This document shows, in pieces, positions 19,353 through 29,573 of a stretch of 64,000 bases of DNA (the first letter of the stretch is position 1; every line of letters begins with the position of its first letter). Below the pieces are notes generated by a model that was not told the DNA's origin, ran no database searches, and worked only from the letters and a program-made list of their open reading frames with translations. This DNA comes from Actinomycetota bacterium. Its GTDB lineage: Bacteria; Actinomycetota; CADDZG01; JAHWKV01. Position numbers and translations under genes: made by a program. The stretch spans positions 69,151 to 133,150 of the forward strand of contig JBBDRQ010000034.1 in NCBI GenBank assembly GCA_040905365.1, written 5' to 3'.

Positions 19353-21408
19353 GGTTGAGCCCTTGGCGGCGGCGCACCTTGGTGCCCGGACGGGCCGTGT
19401 TGATGAGTTCCCGCCACCGGCCCGGGGTACCGGGCTCGGGAAGGGCGAAGTACGTGGAGCGAGTTCCGGAGTTGAGCAGCAACAGCAGCGTGTCGCCCGC
19501 GATCGCATGGCCCGTGGCGTCGACCTCGTCGGCGCTCCCGGCCGGCATCAGCATGCCCAGCACGTGGTTGTCGGCATTGTCCCAATCCGGGGTTTGCATA
19601 GAGGATCCGTCGGGGCGCAGCCACACAACGCTGGGCACCTCGGTTTCGGTGGCGCTGCTGGGCGTGAAGTACTTGCGGCGCCGTAGCACCGGGTTGTCCT
19701 TGAGGACCTGCATCACCTGCACTGTGAATTCCAGCAGCTGTTGCTGAGAGGGCGACAGATCCCAGTTGACCCAGCTAATCTCATTATCCTGGCAGTAGGC
19801 GTTGTTGTTCCCTCCCTGCGTCCGGCCCATCTCGTCCCCGGCGACGATCATGGGTACCCCTTGGGAGAAAAGCAGCGTCGACATCAGGTTGCGAAGTATT
19901 CGGGCCCGCATACGTGCGACCCGCTCGTTGCCGGTGGGGCCCTCTTCACCCCAATTGTGGCTGATGTTGTCGTGGGCGCCGTCGTGATTGTGCTCTAGGT
20001 TGGCTTCGTTGTGCTTGTGGGAGTAGGAAACCAAATCGGCAAGCGTGAATCCATCGTGGGAGGTTATGAAGTTTACGCTTGCCCTAGGGCCCCGACCGCT
20101 GCGCTCGAAGATGTCGGAGGAACCCGACAAGCGCGAGGCCAGCTCGGGCACCTGGCCTTTGTCGCCCCGCCAGTAGCTACGGATGCAGTCGCGGTAGCGG
20201 TCGTTCCACTCGCTCCAGTCCGGCGGAAAGTTCCCTACTTGGTAGCCGCCTTCCCCCAGGTCCCAGGCCTCGGCAATCAGCTTTACCCTCTGCAGAACCG
20301 GATCCTGCTGGAGCACCTTGAAGAAGGCGGCGCGCGCGTCGAACAAATGGACCTCCCGGCCGAGCGTCGGGGCCAGATCGAACCGGAATCCGTCGATGTG
20401 CATCTCGGTAACCCAGTAGCGCAAGCTGTCGATCACCATCTGCAGGGCTCGGGGATGCCTGAGACTCAAGCTGTTGCCGGTGCCCGCATAGTCCCGGTAC
20501 CGGCTGAGGTCCTCCGGCCGCAGGTGGTAATAAGAAACGTTGTCGATGCCCCGAAAACTGACGGTGGGCCCTAGGTGGTTACCCTCCCCGGTGTGGTTGT
20601 AGACGACATCAAGGATCACCTCGATGCCCCAGCTGTGGAGTGACTTGACCATGGACTTGAATTCGTCCACCTGCCCCCCGAGCTGGGCGGTTGCGTAGCG
20701 AGCTGCCGGCGCGAAAAAACCGATCGAGTTGTAACCCCAGTAGTTGGTCAGCCCGTTGGCGACCAGATGGCCCTCGTCGACGAAGTGGTGGACCGGCAGC
20801 AGCTCCACCGCCGTCACACCCAGCTTGAGCAAGTGTTGGATCACCGCGTCGGAGGCCATCCCGAGATAGGTGCCCCGAAGCTCCGGCGCCACGCCGGGGT
20901 TGAGCATCGTCATCCCCTTGACGTGGCATTCGTAGATGACCGTCCGGCTCCACGGTGTCTTGGGAGCGAGATCGCCTTGCCAGGTGAAGGAACCGTCCAC
21001 CACGACGCACTTGGGCAGTTCGCCGGCCGTATCACGATCCATCTCGCCGTCCGACTCATCCGCCGACGGGCTGCTCGCCAAGGTCGCCGAGGTCTCGATG
21101 CGCCCGGAAATCGCCAAGGCATACGGGTCTATAAGGAGTTTGTCGGGGTCGAACCGGTGCCCCTGCTCAGGGGCGAAGGGGCCGTACACCCGGTAACCGT
21201 AGAGCTGGCCCGGCGCAACATCGGGAAGATAGACGTGCCACACGTCCGCGGTGCGGCCGGTCACCGCGATCCGGTGAATCTGCGTGCCGTCAGCGTCGAA
21301 CAGGCACAGATCGACGCCGGTCGCATGGTCCGAAAACAGAGCAAAATTAATTCCTATGCCGTCCCAGGTTGCTCCCAACGGGTACGACTCTCCAGGCCAG
21401 ATTCTCAC
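19306..21408 (-). CDS. glgX: Glycogen debranching enzyme
   Basis: 700-aa GH13 protein with N-terminal CBM48 region (MRIWPGESYPLGATWDGIGINFALFS) and catalytic motifs (GFRFDLA, EAWD). Convergent with malQ, 47-nt 3' overlap. Confidence 0.9.
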   Translation of the reverse strand: MRIWPGESYPLGATWDGIGINFALFSDHATGVDLCLFDADGTQIHRIAVTGRTADVWHVYLPDVAPGQLYGYRVYGPFAPEQGHRFDPDKLLIDPYALAISGRIETSATLASSPSADESDGEMDRDTAGELPKCVVVDGSFTWQGDLAPKTPWSRTVIYECHVKGMTMLNPGVAPELRGTYLGMASDAVIQHLLKLGVTAVELLPVHHFVDEGHLVANGLTNYWGYNSIGFFAPAARYATAQLGGQVDEFKSMVKSLHSWGIEVILDVVYNHTGEGNHLGPTVSFRGIDNVSYYHLRPEDLSRYRDYAGTGNSLSLRHPRALQMVIDSLRYWVTEMHIDGFRFDLAPTLGREVHLFDARAAFFKVLQQDPVLQRVKLIAEAWDLGEGGYQVGNFPPDWSEWNDRYRDCIRSYWRGDKGQVPELASRLSGSSDIFERSGRGPRASVNFITSHDGFTLADLVSYSHKHNEANLEHNHDGAHDNISHNWGEEGPTGNERVARMRARILRNLMSTLLFSQGVPMIVAGDEMGRTQGGNNNAYCQDNEISWVNWDLSPSQQQLLEFTVQVMQVLKDNPVLRRRKYFTPSSATETEVPSVVWLRPDGSSMQTPDWDNADNHVLGMLMPAGSADEVDATGHAIAGDTLLLLLNSGTRSTYFALPEPGTPGRWRELINTARPGTKVRRRQGLNLTAHSLILLGHGPDL

Positions 21409-21446
21409 CGCGGGCTAGACCTCGTTGGTCGAGACTAGACGGTGCA

Positions 21447-22238
21447 CTAGGGCCCCCGCCGGGGGCGGATCCGCGGACGGGGCGATTGAGCACCCTCTGC
21501 CGCCACAGCCGCCTTGGAACCGGCAGGCTCGGTATCGGCGGGCGCTGCAGCAGGCTCACCGGAGCGTGAGCGGGGCCGGCGGGGCTTGCGCGCGGGAGAA
21601 AGGCCTCCGGGGGGCGCGGGCGCGTCGGACATGCCGGGAAGGTCGTCGACCCTAATCCAGTCTTGTTCTACCTCCTCGGTCTCGACCTCAGGTTCCCTTC
21701 GGGGCCGCGAGGGTCTTTTTTTCGTTCTACCAAGGGCCAGGCTCGGCTCACCTGCTTCGGGAGTGGGCCCCGGGTCGGTCCGACCGGCGAGCGGCCCATC
21801 ATCCGGCGCCGACAGAGCCTGGACCAAGCGGCTGCGGAAGTCGCCGGAACCCGCGGAGCCTACGGGCTGATCGGGTTGTGCGCCGAGGCGTCCCGCAAAC
21901 TCTTCATCCTCGCTCCACTTAAACGTCGGCTCCGCCTCCGGGTAGCGAGGCTCCGGGTAACTAGGCTCCGGCCTCAAGGGTCGGCGCGGGGGCGGTGGGG
22001 GTGGTGGGGGCTCCTGGAAGGCGCCCGATCCCGGCTCCCGGGGAACTTGCCGAGATTCTTTGCGCGGCCCCTCTCGCGGATACTTCTTCCGGTCGGCGAT
22101 GGTAGAAGCCAGCAGCGCCAGCCCCGCCACCGCGCTGAAGCCGATCGATGCATACAAAACCGCATCGATTCCCGATACCCAACCGTAAGCGAGTGCAATC
22201 AACGCTGCCGCGACCAGGAAAATTGACGCCTTAAACAC
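21447..22238 (-). CDS. Membrane protein with two N-terminal TMs and a long disordered Pro/Glu/Arg-rich tail
   Basis: 263-aa ORF. N-terminal hydrophobic hairpin, then low-complexity PPPPPPPPRRP..., no family recognised. Confidence 0.45.
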   Translation of the reverse strand: MFKASIFLVAAALIALAYGWVSGIDAVLYASIGFSAVAGLALLASTIADRKKYPREGPRKESRQVPREPGSGAFQEPPPPPPPPRRPLRPEPSYPEPRYPEAEPTFKWSEDEEFAGRLGAQPDQPVGSAGSGDFRSRLVQALSAPDDGPLAGRTDPGPTPEAGEPSLALGRTKKRPSRPRREPEVETEEVEQDWIRVDDLPGMSDAPAPPGGLSPARKPRRPRSRSGEPAAAPADTEPAGSKAAVAAEGAQSPRPRIRPRRGP

Positions 22239-22301
22239 AGCAGCCTTCCATCAAGTCAATGCTCTGCGGAACCAGTGTAACTATAGGCGCCCACTGGGGG
22301 T

Positions 22302-23237
22302 TCAATCCTCGCCCCAGAACAACTCCCGGATAGACTTACCATCGGCGTCCTCGGCATCGGAGTCGCCCTCCCGGGCTTGGCCGCCCTCGGATAGCTCGTC
22401 CAAGGATCGGTCGTCCTCGGCCTTACTACTTGCAGATTTCTTTTCCTGCTTTGCCGGTTTGGCTTCCGCCCCAGGAGAGGGCCCATGAACTTTCTTCGTA
22501 GAGCTCTCTGCGGTTTCCGATGATTGCGCGGCTGAAGACTCAGCGGTCCGCTCCTTGAGTGACGGCGCAGCCGGCCTCGGGAGTGGCTGAGCAAACATGG
22601 ATTGGAAAGAGGGGCGATCGAACAGTCCGGAGGGAGCGCTTGCGGACAACACCGGAGTCTTCTCGAGTAGCTCCAGCTGTGACCGTATGTAGGCGCCCAA
22701 GCGGTTTCTGAAGTCCCGCTCGAAGGTTCGCATTCCCTCTAGACGGTTGCGGAGCTCTTCCTCCTCACGCGTTGCGGCCTTCAGCAATTCGCCCGCCCTG
22801 CGCTGGGCGTCCTGCAGGGTGCTCGCGCTCAAAGCGTCGGCCTGCTCTTCGATCTCCCGCGCCCGCGCCTCGGCCTCATCGACCATTCGCTGCGCCTTAG
22901 CGCGCGCGCCCTGGATGGCGCGGTCGGCCGTCTCCTGCGCGGTGACCAACATCCGCTTGAGCATGTCCTCCGACTCCGAACGAGCCGGTTCCGGACTCGG
23001 CGCCGGGGAGGGGGCCGGGGCAGCTTCCGGCGCGGCGGTTTCCCGCGCCGGAGCAGACCCGCGCCCCACTTGCTCCTGCAACTCCCTCAGGCGTTCATTA
23101 AATCCCTGATTTTCCCGATAGATCTTGCCGTAATCCTCGGCAACCTGATCTATAAACAGGTCCACCTCTTCGTGGCTGTAGCCTCGGAAGGCATCGTGAA
23201 ATTGCTTTTCCTGAATTTCACGCGGCGTCATAACCAT
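22302..23237 (-). CDS. divIVA: DivIVA-family cell-division/polar growth protein
   Basis: N-terminal DivIVA domain (MTPREIQEKQFHDAFRGYSHEEVDLFIDQV) plus coiled-coil, terminal position in the dcw cluster after yggT. Start set at the internal ATG matching the family N-terminus rather than the tool's upstream ATG. Confidence 0.85.
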   Translation of the reverse strand: MVMTPREIQEKQFHDAFRGYSHEEVDLFIDQVAEDYGKIYRENQGFNERLRELQEQVGRGSAPARETAAPEAAPAPSPAPSPEPARSESEDMLKRMLVTAQETADRAIQGARAKAQRMVDEAEARAREIEEQADALSASTLQDAQRRAGELLKAATREEEELRNRLEGMRTFERDFRNRLGAYIRSQLELLEKTPVLSASAPSGLFDRPSFQSMFAQPLPRPAAPSLKERTAESSAAQSSETAESSTKKVHGPSPGAEAKPAKQEKKSASSKAEDDRSLDELSEGGQAREGDSDAEDADGKSIRELFWGED

Positions 23238-23384
23238 TGACAAGTCCTCCTTAACCGGCGCCTGGAACGGGTGCTCCATACCCACACCCCCCGGCAAGCG
23301 GCCACCTGAGACACTTGCCGACCCGACGTTGCGGTCCACAGGTAACCCGCCGGCCCATTAGGTCTTCGCGTTAACGGTGTCATT

Positions 23385-23660
23385 TCAAGCCGCAATGATG
23401 ATCGATTGCAGGATCCGAACGAGTATGAACAGCACGATAAAGGACAAGTCGATAGGAAAACCCATTGGTTGAGGAATGACCCGGCGCAACAGCTGCAACA
23501 TCGGCTCAGTCAACCCGTAAACCAGGTCCACAACGGGCATCAGAAAAGGGGGAGGACTCCATCCGGGCTTGAACAGCGGAATGAAGGACAGGACCACTCG
23601 CGCGATCAGTATGTAGATGTAGAGGTCGAGGGTGCGAACCAGGATGAGTTGTACGCTCAC
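23385..23660 (-). CDS. YggT-family small membrane protein
   Basis: 91 aa, two TMs, sits between sepF and divIVA as in Gram-positive dcw clusters. Confidence 0.75.
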   Translation of the reverse strand: MSVQLILVRTLDLYIYILIARVVLSFIPLFKPGWSPPPFLMPVVDLVYGLTEPMLQLLRRVIPQPMGFPIDLSFIVLFILVRILQSIIIAA

Positions 23661-23687
23661 CCGAGAACCTCTTGGGCCAAGCCCCGG

Positions 23688-24143
23688 TTAAAACTCATTA
23701 AACAAACCTCGCCGTAACCGCTGCCTCTCCTCCGCCGAAACCTCGACGTTGGCCGGCGTAATCAAATACATGCGCGGAGCCAACCGCTGTACGTCTCCAC
23801 CCAGGCCGTAGGCCAGGCCCGACGCAAAGGCGGTTAAGCGCTTGAACGTATCGTCCTCGACGCCCTGCAGATTCATGATGATGGGAACTCCCGACTTCAG
23901 CTTGTCGCCCACTTCTTTGGCGTCGTCGTAAACGGCCGGCGCGACGATATGCACCTGACCTAACGGGAGCGGAGCACTCTGGCGAGCCGGAGGCTCGTAC
24001 GCCGGAGACATCTCGTCCCTGCTGATCTTGCGGATGCTCGACGGACCCCTGGGTGCAGGCTCCCCCAGCGGCTCCAATTGACCGTCCATCTCTTCCTCTT
24101 CAACCAGGCCCAGGTACAAGAGTGTCTTTTTCCAGACGCTCAT
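23688..24143 (-). CDS. sepF: Cell division protein SepF
   Basis: N-terminal MSVWKKTLLYLGLVEEEE and C-terminal SepF domain (PIIMNLQGVEDDTFKRLTAFASGLAYGLGGDVQRLAPRMYLITP). Start set at internal ATG 24143, not the tool's 24275. Confidence 0.85.
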   Translation of the reverse strand: MSVWKKTLLYLGLVEEEEMDGQLEPLGEPAPRGPSSIRKISRDEMSPAYEPPARQSAPLPLGQVHIVAPAVYDDAKEVGDKLKSGVPIIMNLQGVEDDTFKRLTAFASGLAYGLGGDVQRLAPRMYLITPANVEVSAEERQRLRRGLFNEF

Positions 24144-24147
24144 GAAT

Positions 24148-24915
24148 TCACCTTTCTCGCGACTTGGTATGTGCGGATGCCTGGCGCTCACCGACCAGCC
24201 CGACCGGGTCCCTTCGACCGAAAATTGCTTCACCGACGCGCACCATGGTGGACCCTTCCTCCACCGCCACCTCATAATCTTGGCTCATCCCCATGGAAAG
24301 ATGGCGGATCCTAGCGCAGGAAAATGTCTCAACCGCCCGTTCCCGCAGGCGCGCCAATCGCCGGAACACCTCTCGAGTGGTTTCCGGATCCTCGGTTCGA
24401 TGCGCCATGGTCATCAGCCCAACCAGGTCGAGATTGGGCATCTGCAACACCTGTTCGATCAACTCCTCAACGCCCTCCGGCGCTACACCCGCTTTTCGTG
24501 GGTCCCCGGAAGCGTTCACCTCCACCAACACCTTGACCGGCTCGATCTGCTTCTTGTCGATCTGCTTGTCGATCTGCCGCGCCAAACCTACCCTGTCTAC
24601 CGAGTGAATCGTGTCAACCATGGGCAACAGCTGCTTCACTTTGTTCGTCTGCAACCTTCCCACAAAATGCCAGCGAAGGTCGCCGGGCGCGTCCGAGTAC
24701 TTGGCCGCTAGCTCCTGAACGCGGTTCTCTCCGAAGTCCATCTGGCCCGCCAGCGCGGCTTGCTCCACGCGCGTCACATCAAAGCCTTTGGAGACGGCTA
24801 TTAACCTCACATCGTCCGGCGGTCTGCCGGCGCGCTCGGCGGCACGCACAATCCGCTCCGCCACCCGCTCGACGGCTTCAGCCACCCCGCCCATCGATGC
24901 CCGCGTCACCTCCAT
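24148..24915 (-). CDS. yggS: YggS-family PLP-binding homeostasis protein
   Basis: Alanine-racemase-N-like fold (RLIAVSKGF with PLP lysine, HFVGRLQTNKV, HLSMGMSQDYEVAVEEGSTMVRVG). Contains an in-frame 12-nt tandem duplication (see findings). Confidence 0.85.
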   Translation of the reverse strand: MEVTRASMGGVAEAVERVAERIVRAAERAGRPPDDVRLIAVSKGFDVTRVEQAALAGQMDFGENRVQELAAKYSDAPGDLRWHFVGRLQTNKVKQLLPMVDTIHSVDRVGLARQIDKQIDKKQIEPVKVLVEVNASGDPRKAGVAPEGVEELIEQVLQMPNLDLVGLMTMAHRTEDPETTREVFRRLARLRERAVETFSCARIRHLSMGMSQDYEVAVEEGSTMVRVGEAIFGRRDPVGLVGERQASAHTKSRER

Positions 24916-25000
24916 CGCTTTAGCGCTCCCCGACCCCTGCCGCCTGGAGGCCCAGGCCCGGGACTCCCCCAGAGACACGGCTCAAAACAACGGCGCCCAG

Positions 25001-26287
25001 CTACCGCCTCCTTAGAAAGCTCGGTATGTCCAAGTCGTCGTCGTCATCGTCCAGGTCGGAGTCGGCATCGAACACGTGCGAGGCCGTGGGCTCCGGATCC
25101 AGCGAACCGTAGGGCGACTGGGGGCTGCGGCCGTACGCCGGCTGCGGCACCGGTCTGGGTAGCACGTCCGGGCGATCCGTAATGATCGGTTCCCGGTCCA
25201 GCTCATACTCGGCGTCCAGGTCGTCCTCGGCCACAAAGCTTCCGATCGACGGGGGCGGCGCGCCCATCCCAGCCGTCGAGTAGCTCGGAGCACTCTGGTA
25301 ATGGCCCGGTGCCGGCGCCGAGCTCTTGCTGCTCACATCCGCCCGTTCAAAGCCGGAAGCGATGACGGTCAGCCGCAGCTCGTCACCGAGCTGGTCGTCG
25401 ATAACCGCACCAAAGATGATGTTGGCGTCGGGATGGGCCGACTTGGCGATAATGTTCGCCGCCTGGTTGACCTCGAACAGCCCCAGGTCACTGCCCCCAG
25501 AAATACTGATCAGAACTCCGCGCGCTCCGTCGATAGAAGCTTCCAGCAACGGAGAGGACACGGCATTCTGCGCGGCCAGTACGGCTCGGTCCTCTCCTCG
25601 TGCGTTGCCAATACCCATCAACGATGAACCGGCGTTGAGCATGATGGCCTTCACGTCGGCAAAGTCCAGGTTGATCAGTCCGGGAGTCGTGATCAGGTTG
25701 GTGATTCCCTGAACACCCTGCAGCAGCACCTCATCCGCCATCCGGAAAGCTTCCAGGACCGAGGTGGTCTCGTCGCACACCTGAAGCAGGCGGTCGTTGG
25801 GGATAATGATCAGACTGTCCAGCCGGTCCTTCAGCTTCATAATGCCCTGCTCGGCGTTGACGCTGCGGCGCCGGCCCTCGAAAGTAAACGGCCGGGTCAC
25901 CACACCAATGGTCAGTGCGCCGAGATTCTTGGCGATATCAGCGACAATCGGGGCGCCACCGGTGCCGGTGCCGCCGCCCTCTCCAGCGGTAACGAACACC
26001 ATGTCCGCGCCGCGCAGGACCTCCTCGATCTCGTCCCGGTGTGCTTCGGCGGCTTGCCGTCCCAGTTCGGGATCCGCTCCTGCACCCAGACCGCGGGTAA
26101 GGTCCCGGCCAATGTCCAACTTTACGTCGGCGTCCGACATCAACAAGGCCTGAGCATCCGTGTTGACCGCGATGAACTCGACGCCCTTAAGCCCGGCGTC
26201 GATCATGCGATTTACGGCGTTGACTCCGCCACCACCGATACCAACGACCTTGATAACTGCGAGGTAGTTCTGCGGCGCTACTGACAC
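25001..26287 (-). CDS. ftsZ: Cell division GTPase FtsZ
   Basis: Tubulin signature [22 protein letters not shown], and a long disordered C-terminal tail with terminal peptide [12 protein letters not shown] start with GGAGGTG Shine-Dalgarno 7 nt upstream. Confidence 0.97.
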   Translation of the reverse strand: MSVAPQNYLAVIKVVGIGGGGVNAVNRMIDAGLKGVEFIAVNTDAQALLMSDADVKLDIGRDLTRGLGAGADPELGRQAAEAHRDEIEEVLRGADMVFVTAGEGGGTGTGGAPIVADIAKNLGALTIGVVTRPFTFEGRRRSVNAEQGIMKLKDRLDSLIIIPNDRLLQVCDETTSVLEAFRMADEVLLQGVQGITNLITTPGLINLDFADVKAIMLNAGSSLMGIGNARGEDRAVLAAQNAVSSPLLEASIDGARGVLISISGGSDLGLFEVNQAANIIAKSAHPDANIIFGAVIDDQLGDELRLTVIASGFERADVSSKSSAPAPGHYQSAPSYSTAGMGAPPPSIGSFVAEDDLDAEYELDREPIITDRPDVLPRPVPQPAYGRSPQSPYGSLDPEPTASHVFDADSDLDDDDDDLDIPSFLRRR

Positions 26288-26502
26288 TTTGCACCTCCGG
26301 ATGAGGGGGGAAGATTAAGACTGGACAAACTCTAACCCTTGACTTAAACTTCAGATAGACTTAACCTAAACCATTACGTGAACTCGCTTAGAGGCAATAT
26401 AGCCCCGCATTAGGCTCGGGTCAACTAATGCGGGATAACTACGTCGTTGTAATTTCACGACCTCAACCTGCCACACCTCGACCGCTTCTGCACGCGCATT
26501 AC

Positions 26503-27201
26503 TTATGAACTGCGCAGGGCGGGGCGCGACGGCACCCTCACATCCACAACGGTTCCGCTCGCATCGCTGCCTGCCAGCCGCTCAAGCATCGCCTGGATTG
26601 CGTTGTTTTTCTGCTCCATCTCCTCGGCAGCACCGTAGAAGATCTCCGGTCCACCGTTCAGGTTGAACTTCACCTGGTCTACAGTTAAAGCGCTAATTGA
26701 CCCTACGTTCACCCTGAGCGAGCTGGGCAACGATTCGTAGGCCCTCCAAGCGTGCTCAAAGGCCGGATGGTCAATTCGCTCACCCGCCGTCAGCTGCTGG
26801 ACCGGCAGGTCGGTTAGCGCGACCAGATTCTCGTCTCCCTGCTGCAGCACCAGTCCCTGCGAATCGACCAGGTACGGTCCAGCGGGGGTCAGAACCACCA
26901 CCCGGGCGGTGCGTTCCACCACGGCAACGCGCAGCTTGGAAGGAAGGATGCGCTCAACCCGGGCCTTTCGGATCCATGGATTGGCCAAAACTCTTTCGAC
27001 CGCCTCGGAAGTTGAGACCGCCAGCAGGTGCTCCCCGCGCTCCACCGCGACCGTATCGACTAGCTCCTGCTCGCCGATGCGGTGATTGCCTACCACCTCG
27101 TACTCCTCGAGCTTCAGGGCGGGCGACTGAGCGAGCGCAAGCAGCCCTTGGGCCAAGACGCCGCCCAGAGCAAGGACGACGGCGATCCCCAGGACCTTCA
27201 T
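26503..27201 (-). CDS. ftsQ: Cell division protein FtsQ/DivIB (POTRA)
   Basis: Single N-terminal TM followed by a POTRA domain, positioned between murB and ftsZ. Confidence 0.8.
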   Translation of the reverse strand: MKVLGIAVVLALGGVLAQGLLALAQSPALKLEEYEVVGNHRIGEQELVDTVAVERGEHLLAVSTSEAVERVLANPWIRKARVERILPSKLRVAVVERTARVVVLTPAGPYLVDSQGLVLQQGDENLVALTDLPVQQLTAGERIDHPAFEHAWRAYESLPSSLRVNVGSISALTVDQVKFNLNGGPEIFYGAAEEMEQKNNAIQAMLERLAGSDASGTVVDVRVPSRPALRSS

Positions 27202-27208
27202 TCCGGGC

Positions 27209-28171
27209 TCACCCGTCCACTATCAGGCTCGCGGAACGTTCGAACTTTCCGACGATCCGGACCTCTGGAAGCAACGTAACCCCTGCGTTTTTTAGAACCT
27301 TTGACTGGATGTGAGCCATCAGGTCAAAGACGTCTTGAGCAGTAGCACCGGGGCCCGCCAGCAGGAAGTTGCCGTGCTTGCCCGAAACCTGCGCACCCCC
27401 AATTTTGAGCCCCTTCAGCCCTGCTGCGTCTATCAAACTGCCGGCCGACGACCCGGGTGGGTTCTTGAACGTCGAACCCGCGTTGGGAGCCCTGGACGGC
27501 TGGGTGTCGGCTCGGTGGGTCCGGTATAGGTGCATCTTCTCCAAAATCTCGTCACGGTCTCCCCTCTGGAGAGAAAACCTCGCTGCGCAAACCAAGTTGC
27601 CTTCGCCGATCAGCGCGCTTCGGTAACCCATATCCAAGCTCTGCACCGGAATCTCGCTGAACGTGCCCTCACGCAAGCTGCAGACCCTGACGGACTCCAG
27701 CACATGAGACAAGTCCGAACCGTGGGCGCCGGCATTCATCGCTACGGCGCCTCCCACAGTGGCCGGGATTGCGACCGCAAATTCCATCCCCGCAAGGCCC
27801 CGGCGGGCCGCCCAGTTCGCCACCTGCGGCAACGAAGTGCCGGCCCCTGCCTCGATGGTGTCGTCGCCCAGCGCTGCGATCTGATCGAAACCCTTGGCCA
27901 GCCGTAGAACAATCCCCGGGAAGCCCAGGTCGGAAACCAACAGGTTGCTCCCCTTGCCGAGCATGAGGATCTCCATCCCTGTCAGCGCGACGATCTCGGC
28001 CGTAACGCTCAGATCGGTCTCGCTCACGGGTTCCACGAGGACCGCCGCTCGACCGCCTACGCGAAAAGAAGTCAGGGGAGCCAGCGACTCGTCGAGGGCG
28101 GTCCGGCCTTCGATACGCGGCAGCAACCCCTGTACCGTACTGCGGGTTTCGTCATCCATTTCCTCAAACAC
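27209..28171 (-). CDS. murB: UDP-N-acetylenolpyruvoylglucosamine reductase
   Basis: FAD-binding PCMH region (TSFRVGGRAAVLVEPVSETDL...LGKGSNLLVSD) and C-terminal MurB domain. Confidence 0.9.
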   Translation of the reverse strand: MFEEMDDETRSTVQGLLPRIEGRTALDESLAPLTSFRVGGRAAVLVEPVSETDLSVTAEIVALTGMEILMLGKGSNLLVSDLGFPGIVLRLAKGFDQIAALGDDTIEAGAGTSLPQVANWAARRGLAGMEFAVAIPATVGGAVAMNAGAHGSDLSHVLESVRVCSLREGTFSEIPVQSLDMGYRSALIGEGNLVCAARFSLQRGDRDEILEKMHLYRTHRADTQPSRAPNAGSTFKNPPGSSAGSLIDAAGLKGLKIGGAQVSGKHGNFLLAGPGATAQDVFDLMAHIQSKVLKNAGVTLLPEVRIVGKFERSASLIVDG

Positions 28172-28199
28172 CTTGCGGCTCGCCGCCTCTCACCCGACC

Positions 28200-29573
28200 C
28201 TAAGCATCTTCCCCAGGAGTCCCGAGAAGCCGATCGTGAAGGGTCGTCACGTCGCCGGCACCAAGCGTGATTACCAGGTCGCCCGGGCGCACCACACCAG
28301 CCAGGTAGCGTGCAGCCTCCGAAAGCTTCGGCAGATAGGCTACGCGACGACCGGGTACCGCTTCGCCCACCGCCTCGACGACGAGCTTCCCGGTAACGCC
28401 GGGCACCGGCTCCTCGCGAGCCCCGTAAACGTCGGTCACCACAATGAAATCGGCCTTGCCCAGGGCGATCCCAAAATCGTCGCGAAGGTCCTGCGTTCGA
28501 CTGTACAAGTGCGGCTGAAACACGGCCAGCACCCGTCTCCACGGCCCGCTTCGCGCCGCGGTCAAAGTCGCATCGATCTCCGCCGGATGGTGAGCGTAGT
28601 CGTCCACCAAATTCGCTCCGTTGTACTGCCCCCGATACTCGAATCGGCGGCTGACGCCTCGGAAACCGGCCAATCCTTTACACACGGCGCCCGCGTCCAA
28701 ACCCACATGCAGCGCGGCAGCCGCTGCTGCAAGAGCGTTGAGTACATTGTGTCGACCTGTCACTTCGAGACTTACGAAACCCTTGAGGTCACCCTCTACT
28801 ATAAGGTCGAAGCCGGCACCGCTGGCGGTGTAGCGAACCCGCTCGGCCCTAATGGCGGCCCTACCGTCGAACCCGTACGTAATCGGATCAAAGGGGGCGG
28901 CCAGCGCCATCGCCTCATCGCTCTCAGCGCACGCGATCACCGCTTCGCCCGCCCTCGACATAAAGGAGCCAAACGCTTCCCTGAGGGCGTCCATACTCCC
29001 GAAGTGATCCAAGTGATCTCGGTCTACGTTGGTCACCAAAGCGACTGCGGGCTTCAGCCACAAGAAAGATCGGTACGCTTCGTCGGCTTCGACAACCGCG
29101 ATCTCCCCCTCACCCAAGTGGCCGCCTGCCCCGAGGCCCGCGACATCGGCTCCAAGCAAATAAGTGGGATCCAGCCCGCCCCGGCACAGAACACTGGCCA
29201 GCATTCCGGAAGTCGTCGTCTTGCCGTGGGTCCCGCTGATGGCCAGGACCCGCTTCTTCTCAACCAACCTCGCCAGCGCGGCTCCCCGCAACAAAATCGG
29301 TATCCCGTGTTCGCGGGCGAATTCGAGTTCGGGATTGGACTCTGGTATCGCCGCAGACATGATCACGACGTCGGCTCCAGCGGCCAGTTCGGCCTTGTGG
29401 CCAACCCGCCCGGTCATTCCGAGCTCACGCAGAGATCCAAATGCAGCCGATTCCCGTGCGTCCGAACCGGACACCTCTACTCCGCCTTCCATCAACACAC
29501 GGGCGATAGCGCTCATTCCCGCTCCCCCGACCCCGACCATGTGGATCTTTTGCCAACCCAGATTCACAATCAC
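28200..29573 (-). CDS. murC: UDP-N-acetylmuramate--L-alanine ligase
   Basis: MurC-specific N-terminus HMVGVGGAGMSAIARVL, P-loop ISGTHGKTTTSGM, and DDYAHHP motif. Confidence 0.93.
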   Translation of the reverse strand: MIVNLGWQKIHMVGVGGAGMSAIARVLMEGGVEVSGSDARESAAFGSLRELGMTGRVGHKAELAAGADVVIMSAAIPESNPELEFAREHGIPILLRGAALARLVEKKRVLAISGTHGKTTTSGMLASVLCRGGLDPTYLLGADVAGLGAGGHLGEGEIAVVEADEAYRSFLWLKPAVALVTNVDRDHLDHFGSMDALREAFGSFMSRAGEAVIACAESDEAMALAAPFDPITYGFDGRAAIRAERVRYTASGAGFDLIVEGDLKGFVSLEVTGRHNVLNALAAAAAALHVGLDAGAVCKGLAGFRGVSRRFEYRGQYNGANLVDDYAHHPAEIDATLTAARSGPWRRVLAVFQPHLYSRTQDLRDDFGIALGKADFIVVTDVYGAREEPVPGVTGKLVVEAVGEAVPGRRVAYLPKLSEAARYLAGVVRPGDLVITLGAGDVTTLHDRLLGTPGEDA

